Source: Candidatus Fervidifonticultor sextus
GTDB taxonomy: Bacteria > Sysuimicrobiota > Sysuimicrobiia > Sysuimicrobiales > Humicultoraceae
DNA length: 17,578 bases
Direction of reading: 5' to 3'
NCBI GenBank assembly: GCA_031459875.1
Contig: JAVKHQ010000048.1
Coordinates: 1 to 17,578, forward strand
Position 1 is the first letter of the stretch; each line of letters opens with the position of its first letter. The notes under the pieces were generated by a model, which was not told where the DNA came from, made no database searches, and worked only from the letters and a program-made list of their open reading frames with translations. Positions 1 to 7,577 of this stretch are shown here, piece after piece. The translations under genes were made by a program, and so were the position numbers.

Positions 1-176
1 CCGACGGCACGTTTCTGCGCGCCTGGGCCGGGGTGCCCATCGTCACCGTCGGCCCCGGCAACCGGCAGATCCCGCATCAGGCGGATGAGTATGTGGACGT
101 CGACGAACTCGTCGACGCGGCCCGGCTCTACGCCGCCGCGATCGTGTTCTTCCTCGGGGAGGGATCGGCGCCGTGA
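1..176 (+). CDS. M20-family metallopeptidase/deacylase (ArgE/DapE-like), C-terminal fragment truncated by the window edge
   Basis: The frame starting at nt 3 reads DGTFLRAWAGVPIVTVGPGNRQIPHQADEYVDVDELVDAARLYAAAIVFFLGEGSAP*. The GPG...HxxDE motif is the typical M20 C-terminus. Stop TGA 174-176 overlaps the next GTG. Not in the ORF track. Confidence 0.85.
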   Translation, partial: DGTFLRAWAGVPIVTVGPGNRQIPHQADEYVDVDELVDAARLYAAAIVFFLGEGSAP

Positions 177-964
177 GCTACGAGCGGTTGTTCCGGCTGG
201 ACGAACGGGTGGCGGTCGTGGTAGGCGCAGGATCGGGCATCGGCGCGGCGGCGGCGCGCGGCCTGGCGGCCTTCGGCGCGCGCGTGGTCTGCGCGGACGT
301 GAACTTCGCCTCAGCCCAGGCCACTGCCGCAGCCATCGCTGATGCGGGCGGCGTCGCCGACGCGGCCTCGGTGGACGTCACCGACTCCGCCAGCGTGACC
401 GGACTCGTGGACGGCGTCGCGGCGCGGTGGAGCAGCCTCGACATCCTGGTCACCACGCCCGGGATCAACGTCCGCAAACCACTGCTGCGCTACGGGGACG
501 ACGAGTTCGACCGCGTCGTCGGCCTGAACCTCAAGGGCACGTTCCGCCTGCTGCGCGCCGTCGGGAAGGTGATGGCCGGCCAGGGCCGTGGCAGCATCAT
601 CGTCTTCTCGTCGATCCGCTCGCAGGTCGTGGAACCCGGTCAGGGGATCTACGCGGCCACCAAGGCGGGCATGGTCCAGATGGCGCGGGCGCTGGCCGCT
701 GAACTCGGACCGGACGGCGTGCGCGTGAACGCCATCGCGCCGGGCGTGGTGGACACCCCGCTGACCAGACCCATCAAGGAGCACCCCCAGTGGTACCAGG
801 CGTACGCGGCGAAGTCGGCGCTGGGCCGGTGGGCGTCGGCGGATGAGATGGTGGGCCCGGTCGTCTTCCTGGCGTCGGAGGCCAGCAGTTTTGTCACCGG
901 CGCGGTCCTCTTCGTCGACGGCGGATGGACGGCGGTGGACGGGAGGTTTACGCCGCCGTTGTAG
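173..964 (+). CDS. Classical short-chain dehydrogenase/reductase (SDR), probably NAD-preferring
   Basis: Rossmann motif VVGAGSGIG, acidic residue at the end of beta2 (CADVN), catalytic S...YAATK, VNAIAPG, and C-terminal VDGG. The GTG start is coupled to the upstream stop (GTGA) and a GGGGAGG SD lies upstream. Confidence 0.92.
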   Translation: MSYERLFRLDERVAVVVGAGSGIGAAAARGLAAFGARVVCADVNFASAQATAAAIADAGGVADAASVDVTDSASVTGLVDGVAARWSSLDILVTTPGINVRKPLLRYGDDEFDRVVGLNLKGTFRLLRAVGKVMAGQGRGSIIVFSSIRSQVVEPGQGIYAATKAGMVQMARALAAELGPDGVRVNAIAPGVVDTPLTRPIKEHPQWYQAYAAKSALGRWASADEMVGPVVFLASEASSFVTGAVLFVDGGWTAVDGRFTPPL

Positions 965-1592
965 GAGCCCGACGCGACACGGTCAGAAGCAGCACCGTGA
1001 CCTCCGTCGGTCCATGGGCCCCCAGCACCGGCACCAGCCCGATGTCTGCGCTGCGGCTGGGCCCGGTGATCAGGGTGAGGGCTGACGGCAGGGCGTCCAG
1101 CCTGGCGAACAGGGCGGGCAGGTGCGGGACGATGCGGTCGGCGCGCAGGAGGGCCAGGTGGACCGGCGGGAGCAGCGAGGTGATCCGCGGCCGGTCCGGC
1201 GCACTGGCCAGCACCAGGGTCGCCGTCTCCGCCACGGCCCAGTCCGCGCCGGTGATGCCCACGTCGGCGCCTGCCACGGTCTCGGGCGCGGCGACCGGGG
1301 ACAGGACGTCGACGCCGCGCGTCCGCAATCGCTCGACGATCGGGGCCAGGTCGGGGTGGGTCCAGACCGCGGCCCGCCGCGCGCCGCGCTGCCCGCACCA
1401 CGCGGCCACCTGACCGGCCGCCTCGTCTGCCGACGCGATCCGGACCACCTGCACGCCGAGGTCCTGTGCCCGCTCGATGAAGTGGACCACGAGATCGGCA
1501 GGGATTCGGGGCGCGGGTATGTCCGGACAGTCGGGGCGCGGCAGCGAGCCCAGTGCCGCGCGGATTCCTTGCAGGACCACATCTCGGTTCAT
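948..1592 (-). CDS. lutC: Lactate utilization protein C (LUD domain, YkgG-like)
   Basis: Motifs GITGADWAVAETATLVL, SLLPPVHLA and ITGPSRSADI...GAHGP. The real start is ATG 1592 (MNRDVVLQGIRAAL), overlapping the lutB stop (ATGA). The track's longer N-terminus is spurious. Confidence 0.88.
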   Translation of the reverse strand: MNRDVVLQGIRAALGSLPRPDCPDIPAPRIPADLVVHFIERAQDLGVQVVRIASADEAAGQVAAWCGQRGARRAAVWTHPDLAPIVERLRTRGVDVLSPVAAPETVAGADVGITGADWAVAETATLVLASAPDRPRITSLLPPVHLALLRADRIVPHLPALFARLDALPSALTLITGPSRSADIGLVPVLGAHGPTEVTVLLLTVSRRAPTTAA

Positions 1593-3058
1593 CGGAGGGA
1601 TCCCCTCGAAGACCTGCTCGCGCCGCGCGATTCTGCGCCCCGGTCCTGTCGCAGCGAGGCCCACCGGTCCCGAAACGGCCTGGCGGCCAGCGGCGGTGCC
1701 GTGCGGTGGAGGGTCCATCCCGACCACGGATAGGGCAGGCGCTCGATCCGCCCCCGACGGACGACCAGACGCTGCAGCCACCGTCCGAGGCGGCCCAGCG
1801 CCCTCAGCCGCGCAGGACTGCGCATCAGGAAGGTCCAGCCCCGCGCGAACAGGCGGTCGGGCCGGCCCACGTACCCGCCCCGGACGGCGCGGCCCCGCAG
1901 GACCAGCAGCATGCGCGGGATGTCGATCTTCACCGGGCACACCTCCGCGCAGGCCCCGCACAGCGTGGAGGCGAACGGCAGCCCGCCGGCCCGGCCGAGC
2001 CCTTCGAGGACCGGCGTGACCACCGCGCCGATGGGCCCACCGTAGACCGCGCCGTAGGCGTGGCCGCCGACCCGCTCGAACACCGGGCAGACGTTCTGGC
2101 ACGCCCCGCAGCGGATGCACCGAAGGGCCTCGCGCAGGTCGGGATCCGCCAGCAGCCGGACCCGCCCGTTGTCGAGGATGACCAGGTGCAGTTCCTCTGG
2201 CCCGTCGGTCTCGCCCGCCCGCCGCGGCCCGGTGAGCAGCGAGACGTAGACGCTGGCGCGCTGGCCGGTGCCGCTGCGCGCGAGCAGCCGCAGGAAGACG
2301 CCCAGGTCGGCCAGACGCGGGATGACCTTCTCGATGCCCATCACCGCCACGTGGACGCGGGGCAGCGTCGTGGTGAATCGGGCGTTCCCTTCATTCTCGA
2401 CGATCACCAGCGTGCCGGTCTCGGCGACGGCGAAGTTCACCCCCGAGACCCCCATGTCCGCGGCCAGGAAGTCGGAGCGCAGGGCCTCCCGCGCCACCCG
2501 GGCCAGATCCTCCGGCCGCTGGTACCGGGGAGCGCCGAGCCTGGCCGAGAACAGTTCCGCCACCGCCGCCGTGGACTTGTGGACGGCCGGCGCGATGAGG
2601 TGGCTCGGGGCCTCCCCGGCGAGCTGGAGGATGTACTCGCCCAGGTCCGTCTCCACCACGGTGGCGCCGGCGGCCTGCAGCGCCGCATTCAGGTGGATCT
2701 CCTCCGTGGTCATGGACTTGCTCTTCACGATGCGGCGCGCCCCCCGGGTGCGGGCCAGGCCGGTGATGATCTGCCGGGCCGCTTCCGCATCGGCGGCCCA
2801 GTGGACGAGGCCGCCCCGAGCCGTCACCTGCGCCTCCAGGCGTGTCAGGAGCCCGTCCAGGTGGGCGAGGGCGAAGTCCTTGATGCGGGCCGCCGCCACC
2901 CGCAGGTCCTCCCACTCGGGCACCTCGGCGACGGCGGCGTCCCGCTGCATCCGGAAGGCCGGGAGGGCGACGCCCAGCGAGCGCTGCAGGGCCGAATCCT
3001 GCAACGCCCGCTCGATGTTGCCGATGATATCGATAGAGGAGGGTCTCTGCCCGCTCAC
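1589..3058 (-). CDS. lutB: Lactate utilization protein B (LUD plus 4Fe-4S dicluster, YkgF-like)
   Basis: Motifs VKSKSMTTEEI, ETDLGEYILQL, PSHLIAPAVH, ENEGN, CIRCGACQNVCP and STLCGACAEVCPVKIDIP. The start is chosen at GTG 3058, just after the lutA stop. Confidence 0.93.
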   Translation of the reverse strand: MSGQRPSSIDIIGNIERALQDSALQRSLGVALPAFRMQRDAAVAEVPEWEDLRVAAARIKDFALAHLDGLLTRLEAQVTARGGLVHWAADAEAARQIITGLARTRGARRIVKSKSMTTEEIHLNAALQAAGATVVETDLGEYILQLAGEAPSHLIAPAVHKSTAAVAELFSARLGAPRYQRPEDLARVAREALRSDFLAADMGVSGVNFAVAETGTLVIVENEGNARFTTTLPRVHVAVMGIEKVIPRLADLGVFLRLLARSGTGQRASVYVSLLTGPRRAGETDGPEELHLVILDNGRVRLLADPDLREALRCIRCGACQNVCPVFERVGGHAYGAVYGGPIGAVVTPVLEGLGRAGGLPFASTLCGACAEVCPVKIDIPRMLLVLRGRAVRGGYVGRPDRLFARGWTFLMRSPARLRALGRLGRWLQRLVVRRGRIERLPYPWSGWTLHRTAPPLAARPFRDRWASLRQDRGAESRGASRSSRGSLR

Positions 3059-3074
3059 CCGCGTCCCTGCTCTA

Positions 3075-3797
3075 TCACCCTGCGTCCAGAATCTCCGCCA
3101 GGTGGACCGCCCGGACGCGGCTGCCTCGGCGGGCGAGCCCGCCGGCGAGGTGCACAAGACAGCTCGCGTCGGTGGCGGTGACGACGTCCGCGCCGCTGGA
3201 TTCGATGGCGTCCAGCTTGGCAGACAGCATCGCGCCTGAGAGCGCGGAGAACTTGACCGCGAAGAATCCGCCGAAGCCGCAGCACTCCTCCGCCCGCGGC
3301 AGGGCCACCAGGCGCAGGTCCCGCACCGCCGCCAGCAGCCGCAGCGGCTCTTCGCGCAGGCCCAGGCTGCGCAGCCCGTGGCAGGACGGGTGGTAGGCCA
3401 CGGCCGCCGGAAACCGCGCGCCGAGCTCGGTGACGCCCAGCACGCGTACCAGGTACTCGCTCAGTTCGTAGGTCCGGTGGGCCAGCCCGCAGGCCCGGGC
3501 GGCCAGCGCCGGGAAGTCGCGGAACAGGCGCGGGTACCACTCGCGGACCATCGCCGCGCACGACCCCGACGGCGTCACGACCGCCGGCGCATCCTCGAAC
3601 ACCTCCAGGAACCATCGGCCCAGCACCCGGGCGTCGTCCCAGAACCCGTCGTTGAACGTGGCCTGGCCGCAGCAGGTCTGCCCCTGCGGAAACGACACCG
3701 CACAGCCCGCGCGCTGGAGCACGCGGACGGCGGCCTCACCGATCTCGGGATGCCACTGGTCGATCAGGCAGGTGACGAACAGCGCGACCGGCTGCAC
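3075..3797 (-). CDS. lutA: Lactate utilization protein A (two CCG domains, YkgE-like)
   Basis: Motifs LFVTCLID, QTCCGQ, PSGSC, YHPSCH, ECCGFGG and DASCLVHL. First gene of the lutABC triad. Confidence 0.93.
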   Translation of the reverse strand: MQPVALFVTCLIDQWHPEIGEAAVRVLQRAGCAVSFPQGQTCCGQATFNDGFWDDARVLGRWFLEVFEDAPAVVTPSGSCAAMVREWYPRLFRDFPALAARACGLAHRTYELSEYLVRVLGVTELGARFPAAVAYHPSCHGLRSLGLREEPLRLLAAVRDLRLVALPRAEECCGFGGFFAVKFSALSGAMLSAKLDAIESSGADVVTATDASCLVHLAGGLARRGSRVRAVHLAEILDAG

Positions 3798-3821
3798 CGG
3801 ATCATCCCACCGGCGGGCTAT

Positions 3822-3839
3822 CGTGCGGTGATCCGCACG
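3822..3839. promoter_or_regulatory. Intergenic stem-loop between the aminotransferase and lutA
   Basis: CGTGCGG-tgat-CCGCACG is a perfect 7-bp stem with a 4-nt loop, 7 nt past the aminotransferase stop. It has no U-tract, so its function is unclear. Confidence 0.4.
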
Positions 3840-3846
3840 CGCATGG

Positions 3847-4976
3847 CTAGAGCAGCGCCGCCGCCTCCCCGACGGCGCCCTGGGGGAGGCGCACGCCCTC
3901 GGTGGCCAGCACCGTTTCCAGCGCCTTCAGCAGCAGCGTCACCCACCGCGGCTGACTCGAATAGCCCATCAGGCCGATGCGCCACACCCTGCCCCGGAGC
4001 GGTCCGAGCCCGCCGGCGATTTCGATCCCGTAGTCGCGCAACAGCCGGCCGCGCACCTGAGCATCGTCCGCGCCGTCAGGGATGCGGACCGCCGTGATCG
4101 TCGGGGAACGATAGGGTTCCTCGGCGAGGACCTGCAGGCCCATGGCCGCCAGGCCCTTCCACAGGGCGCGCGCGTGGCGCCAGTGGCGCTCGACGCGGGC
4201 TTCGAGGCTCTCGGCCACGACGAGCCGCAGCGCCTCGTGCAGCGCGCAGACCAGCGGCGCAGAGACAGTGTGGTGGTAGGCGCGCTGCGGACCCCAGTAG
4301 GTCCAGAGAGTTCCAGGTCCAGGTAGAACGTCGCCGGGCGGTGGCGGCCGCGCGTGCGGGCGTGGACGGTCACCGGGGCCAGGCCGGGCGGCGCGCTCAG
4401 GCACTTCTGCGACCCGCTGTAGCATGCGTCGATCTCCCACGCGTCGACCGGGAGATCGACCCCGCCCAGCGAGGCGACGGCATCCACCAGAATCATGGCG
4501 TCGTGCGCATGGGCAATCCGGATCAGGTCCCGGAGCGGCTGCAACACCCCGGTGGAGGTCTCCACGTGGACCGCCGCCACGCAGGAGACGCGGCCCCGAG
4601 CCAGTGCGCGCTCCAGGTCGTCGGGATCGACGGGCCGCCCCCACGGCGCCTCGATCCGGACGATCTCGGCGCCGAGGCGCGCGCCGGCCTCCGCCAGGCG
4701 GTCGCCGAGGTACCCCGCCGTGCAGACGGCCAGCCGGTCGCCGGGCTTCACCATGTGCAGGAGAACGGCCTCCATCCCGGCGGTGCCGGTGCCCGAGACC
4801 GGCAGCGTCAGTTCGTGCGTCGTCTGGAAGACAGCCCGCAGCAGCGACACCACCTCGTCGAGGATGGGGAGGAGGTCGGGATCCAGGTGCCCGAGCAGCG
4901 GCCGCGCCAGCGCCGCCGACACCTCGGGCGGGACCAGGCTCGGACCCGGTCCAAGCAGCACCCGCTCGTCAGCCAT
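3847..4976 (-). pseudogene. Alanine-glyoxylate/serine-pyruvate aminotransferase (class V PLP), interrupted by a 1-nt frameshift (pseudogene or sequencing error)
   Basis: The N-terminal part (frame of ORF 3969..4976) has LLGPGPS, SGTGTAGME, VHVETSTG, DAVASLGG, SGSQKCLSAPPG and FYLDLE. The C-terminal part (frame of ORF 3847..4644) has LWTYWG...YHHT...GIEIAGGLG...WRIGLMG. The span is 1130 nt, one short of 377 codons. Confidence 0.88.
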
Positions 4977-4982
4977 CAGACG

Positions 4983-6038
4983 CTACTCCTGTTCTCCGCC
5001 GGAGACCAGCACTTCCACCCCTGGAGCATTCGGCACCGCCGCGGCGGCCTCCCGCAGGAAGCGCGCGGCCTCTTCGGGCACCACGGGGTTGATGAAGAAC
5101 CCGGAGCCCCACTCGAACCCGGCCACCTGGGTCAGCCGGGGCATGATCTCCAGGTGCCAGTGGTAGGCGTGCTTCGGCTGGTAGTGGTAGGGCGCGGTGT
5201 GCACGATGAAGTTGTAGGGCGGGTTGGCCAGGCAGGTGTGCAGGCCGAGCAGCGCCGCACGCAGGGCCTGGGCCAACGACATCATGTCGGCGTCGGTCAG
5301 GTCGCCGAAGGAGGCCGCGTGTTCCTTGGGCAGCAACCAGGTCTCGAAGGGGAAGCGGGCCGCGTACGCCTGGACCGCCACGAACCGGTCGTTCTCGAAG
5401 ACCACGCGCTCCCCCAAGGCCAGTTCCTGCTCGATCATGCGGCAGAAGATGCAGACGGCGTGCCGGCCGAAGTAGCGCTCGGCCGCCTCCACCTCCTCGG
5501 CCGCGCGCTTGGGGATGACCGGCAGCGCGATGAGCTGCGAGTGGGGGTGGGACAGGGACGCGCCGGCAGTGCGGCCATGGTTGCGGAAGAGCAGCCCGTA
5601 CTCGAAGCGAGGGTCGTTGTCCAGGTCGCGGTACCGCTGGAGGTAGGCGGCGACGACGGCCTTCACGTGGGATGCCGACAGCAGCCCCAGGTGCGTGTGA
5701 TGGTCGGGGGTCTCAATGATAACCTCGTGGGCGCCGACGCCGTCGGTGCGCGTGAACATGCCGACTTCGGTGCGGGCGGTGTTCCCTTCGATGCGCAGGG
5801 CCGGATACTTGTTCGAGACGACGCGCACCTGCCAGCCGGGTGTGTCGGGTGCACTGCCCGGAGCGCGGATGGCGAAGAGCTCCGGAGGGGTCATGCCCTC
5901 CCGGCCGGGGCAGAAGGGACACCGGGCCTCGTCGTTGATCTCCACCGGCTCGTGCGCGAAGTCGGTGGGGCGCGCCGCCCGCTCGGTGGCGATGATGACC
6001 CAGCGGCCAGAGATGGGATCGTTGCGCAGTTCAGGCAC
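4983..6038 (-). CDS. galT: GalT-like HIT-superfamily nucleotidyltransferase (galactose-1-phosphate uridylyltransferase family)
   Basis: Motifs ELRNDPISGRWVIIATERAARP, CPFCPG, NKYPAL, HEVIIETP, active-site GASLSHPHSQ, CIFC, HWHLEI and AGFEWGSG. A GAGGTG SD precedes the GTG start. Confidence 0.9.
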   Translation of the reverse strand: MPELRNDPISGRWVIIATERAARPTDFAHEPVEINDEARCPFCPGREGMTPPELFAIRAPGSAPDTPGWQVRVVSNKYPALRIEGNTARTEVGMFTRTDGVGAHEVIIETPDHHTHLGLLSASHVKAVVAAYLQRYRDLDNDPRFEYGLLFRNHGRTAGASLSHPHSQLIALPVIPKRAAEEVEAAERYFGRHAVCIFCRMIEQELALGERVVFENDRFVAVQAYAARFPFETWLLPKEHAASFGDLTDADMMSLAQALRAALLGLHTCLANPPYNFIVHTAPYHYQPKHAYHWHLEIMPRLTQVAGFEWGSGFFINPVVPEEAARFLREAAAAVPNAPGVEVLVSGGEQE

Positions 6039-6083
6039 CCGTGGTCACCTCGTGTCGGCACCTCCCTGGACACATACCCACCC

Positions 6084-6092
6084 ATGATAACA
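6084..6092 (-). promoter_or_regulatory. Putative extended -10 promoter element for galT
   Basis: TGTTATCAT (TGnTAnnnT) on the minus strand just after the glgA stop. It is AT-rich in a GC-rich background and has no recognisable -35. Confidence 0.5.
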
Positions 6093-6094
6093 GA

Positions 6095-7537
6095 TCACCG
6101 CCATCGCGCGGCCCGCTCCACCGTCAGGTCATAGAGGGCCCGGTAGCGATCTGCGGCCCGATCCCAGGAGAAGTCGGCGCGCATCCCCACCTGCTGCAGC
6201 CACCGCCACAGCCCCGGATCCCGGTAGGCGGCGATGGCCCGGCCCACGGTGGCCACCAGCGCGTCGGGGCTGTAGTGGTCGAAGACGAACCCGTTAGCCC
6301 GCCCCTGGTGCAGCGTCTCCGGGGTGACGTCGACGATGCTGTCCGCCAGCCCACCGGTGCGCCTGACCACCGGGACCGTCCCGTACCGGAGGCTGTAGAG
6401 CTGGTTGAGGCCGGACGGTTCGAACCGCGACGGCATCAGGAAGATGTCGGCGCCGGCCTCGATCCGGTGGGCCAATCCCTCGTCGAACCCGATGACCACC
6501 CGGACCTGCCGGGGCCATCGCGCGGTGGCGGCCTGCAGGACGGCCTCGTAGGTGGGGTCGCCGGTCCCCAGGATGACGACCTGCGCGCCGAGCCCCACGA
6601 TCTGCTCCAGCGCCGCCGCCACGAGGTCGAAACCTTTCTGGGCCACCAGGCGCGCCACGCTGCCGATCAGCGGGGTGTACGCGTTGTCCGGGAGACCGAG
6701 TTCCTGTTGCAGCGCGGCCTTGCACCGTGCCTTCCCCGAGAGGTCGTCGGCGGTGTAGCGCGCAGGGATGAAGGGGTCGACGGCGGGATCCCAGCGGCTG
6801 TAGTCGACCCCGTTGAGGATGCCGAACAGGTCGGCCGAGCGCGCCCGCAGCAGGCCCTCCAGCCCCATCCCGTACTCCTCGGTCTGGATCTCCTGCGCGT
6901 ACGTCTCGCTCACGGTGCTGATGACGTGCGACCAGACCAGGCCCGCCTTCAGCACGTTCACCCGGCCGTAGAACTCCACCCCGTCCATGACGAAGGCGCT
7001 TTCCGGCAGGCCCGTGAGCGGGAACTGCTCGGGGGGGAACAGCCCCTGGTGCGCCAGGTTGTGGATGGTAAAGAGCGTCGGCAGACCGGTGCGGCGGAAG
7101 CGCAGGTACGCCGGGATCAGCGCGGCGTGCCAGTCGTGGGCGTGGACCAGGTCCGGCGCCCAGGTCTCGCTCGCCAGGGTCACGGCCGCCTGGCAGAGGA
7201 AGGCGAAGCGGAGCAGGTTGTCATCGTAATCCCGGCCGCCCTCGCCGTACAGCCCGGGCCGGTCATAGAGCGGCGGCGCATCCACGAAGTAGACGGGGAC
7301 CCCATCGGGGAAGGCGCCCAGCCAGACGGTCCCGTCGATCCCCGTGCTGGCGATCACACTGTGGACCTCTCGGACCGACTGCAGGCCCTCGCGCGGCGTC
7401 CCGCGGTAGAGCGGCATGATGACCCGCACGTCCAGCTGCTTGCGCCGCAACGCGGCCGGGAGTGCGCCGGCCACGTCCGCCAGCCCGCCGGTCTTGGCAA
7501 ACGGGGTGGCCTCGGCCACACAGAACAGGACCTTCAC
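6095..7537 (-). CDS. glgA: Glycogen synthase (GT5)
   Basis: Motifs AEATPFAKTGGLADV, HAHDWHAAL, FTIHNLAHQG, GILNGVDY, ARLVAQKG, MPSRFEPSGLNQLYSLRYG, RRTGGLAD and DFSWD. GTG start at 7537 with a GGAGG SD. Confidence 0.96.
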   Translation of the reverse strand: MKVLFCVAEATPFAKTGGLADVAGALPAALRRKQLDVRVIMPLYRGTPREGLQSVREVHSVIASTGIDGTVWLGAFPDGVPVYFVDAPPLYDRPGLYGEGGRDYDDNLLRFAFLCQAAVTLASETWAPDLVHAHDWHAALIPAYLRFRRTGLPTLFTIHNLAHQGLFPPEQFPLTGLPESAFVMDGVEFYGRVNVLKAGLVWSHVISTVSETYAQEIQTEEYGMGLEGLLRARSADLFGILNGVDYSRWDPAVDPFIPARYTADDLSGKARCKAALQQELGLPDNAYTPLIGSVARLVAQKGFDLVAAALEQIVGLGAQVVILGTGDPTYEAVLQAATARWPRQVRVVIGFDEGLAHRIEAGADIFLMPSRFEPSGLNQLYSLRYGTVPVVRRTGGLADSIVDVTPETLHQGRANGFVFDHYSPDALVATVGRAIAAYRDPGLWRWLQQVGMRADFSWDRAADRYRALYDLTVERAARWR

Positions 7538-7577
7538 CGACGGATCGCCTCCACTCCCCCTCCAGGTACGTGCCCAG

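Noticed and set aside
4295..4320. Programmed ribosomal frameshift in the aminotransferase
   Set aside because: There is no slippery sequence or evident stimulatory structure, and I know of no precedent in this family.
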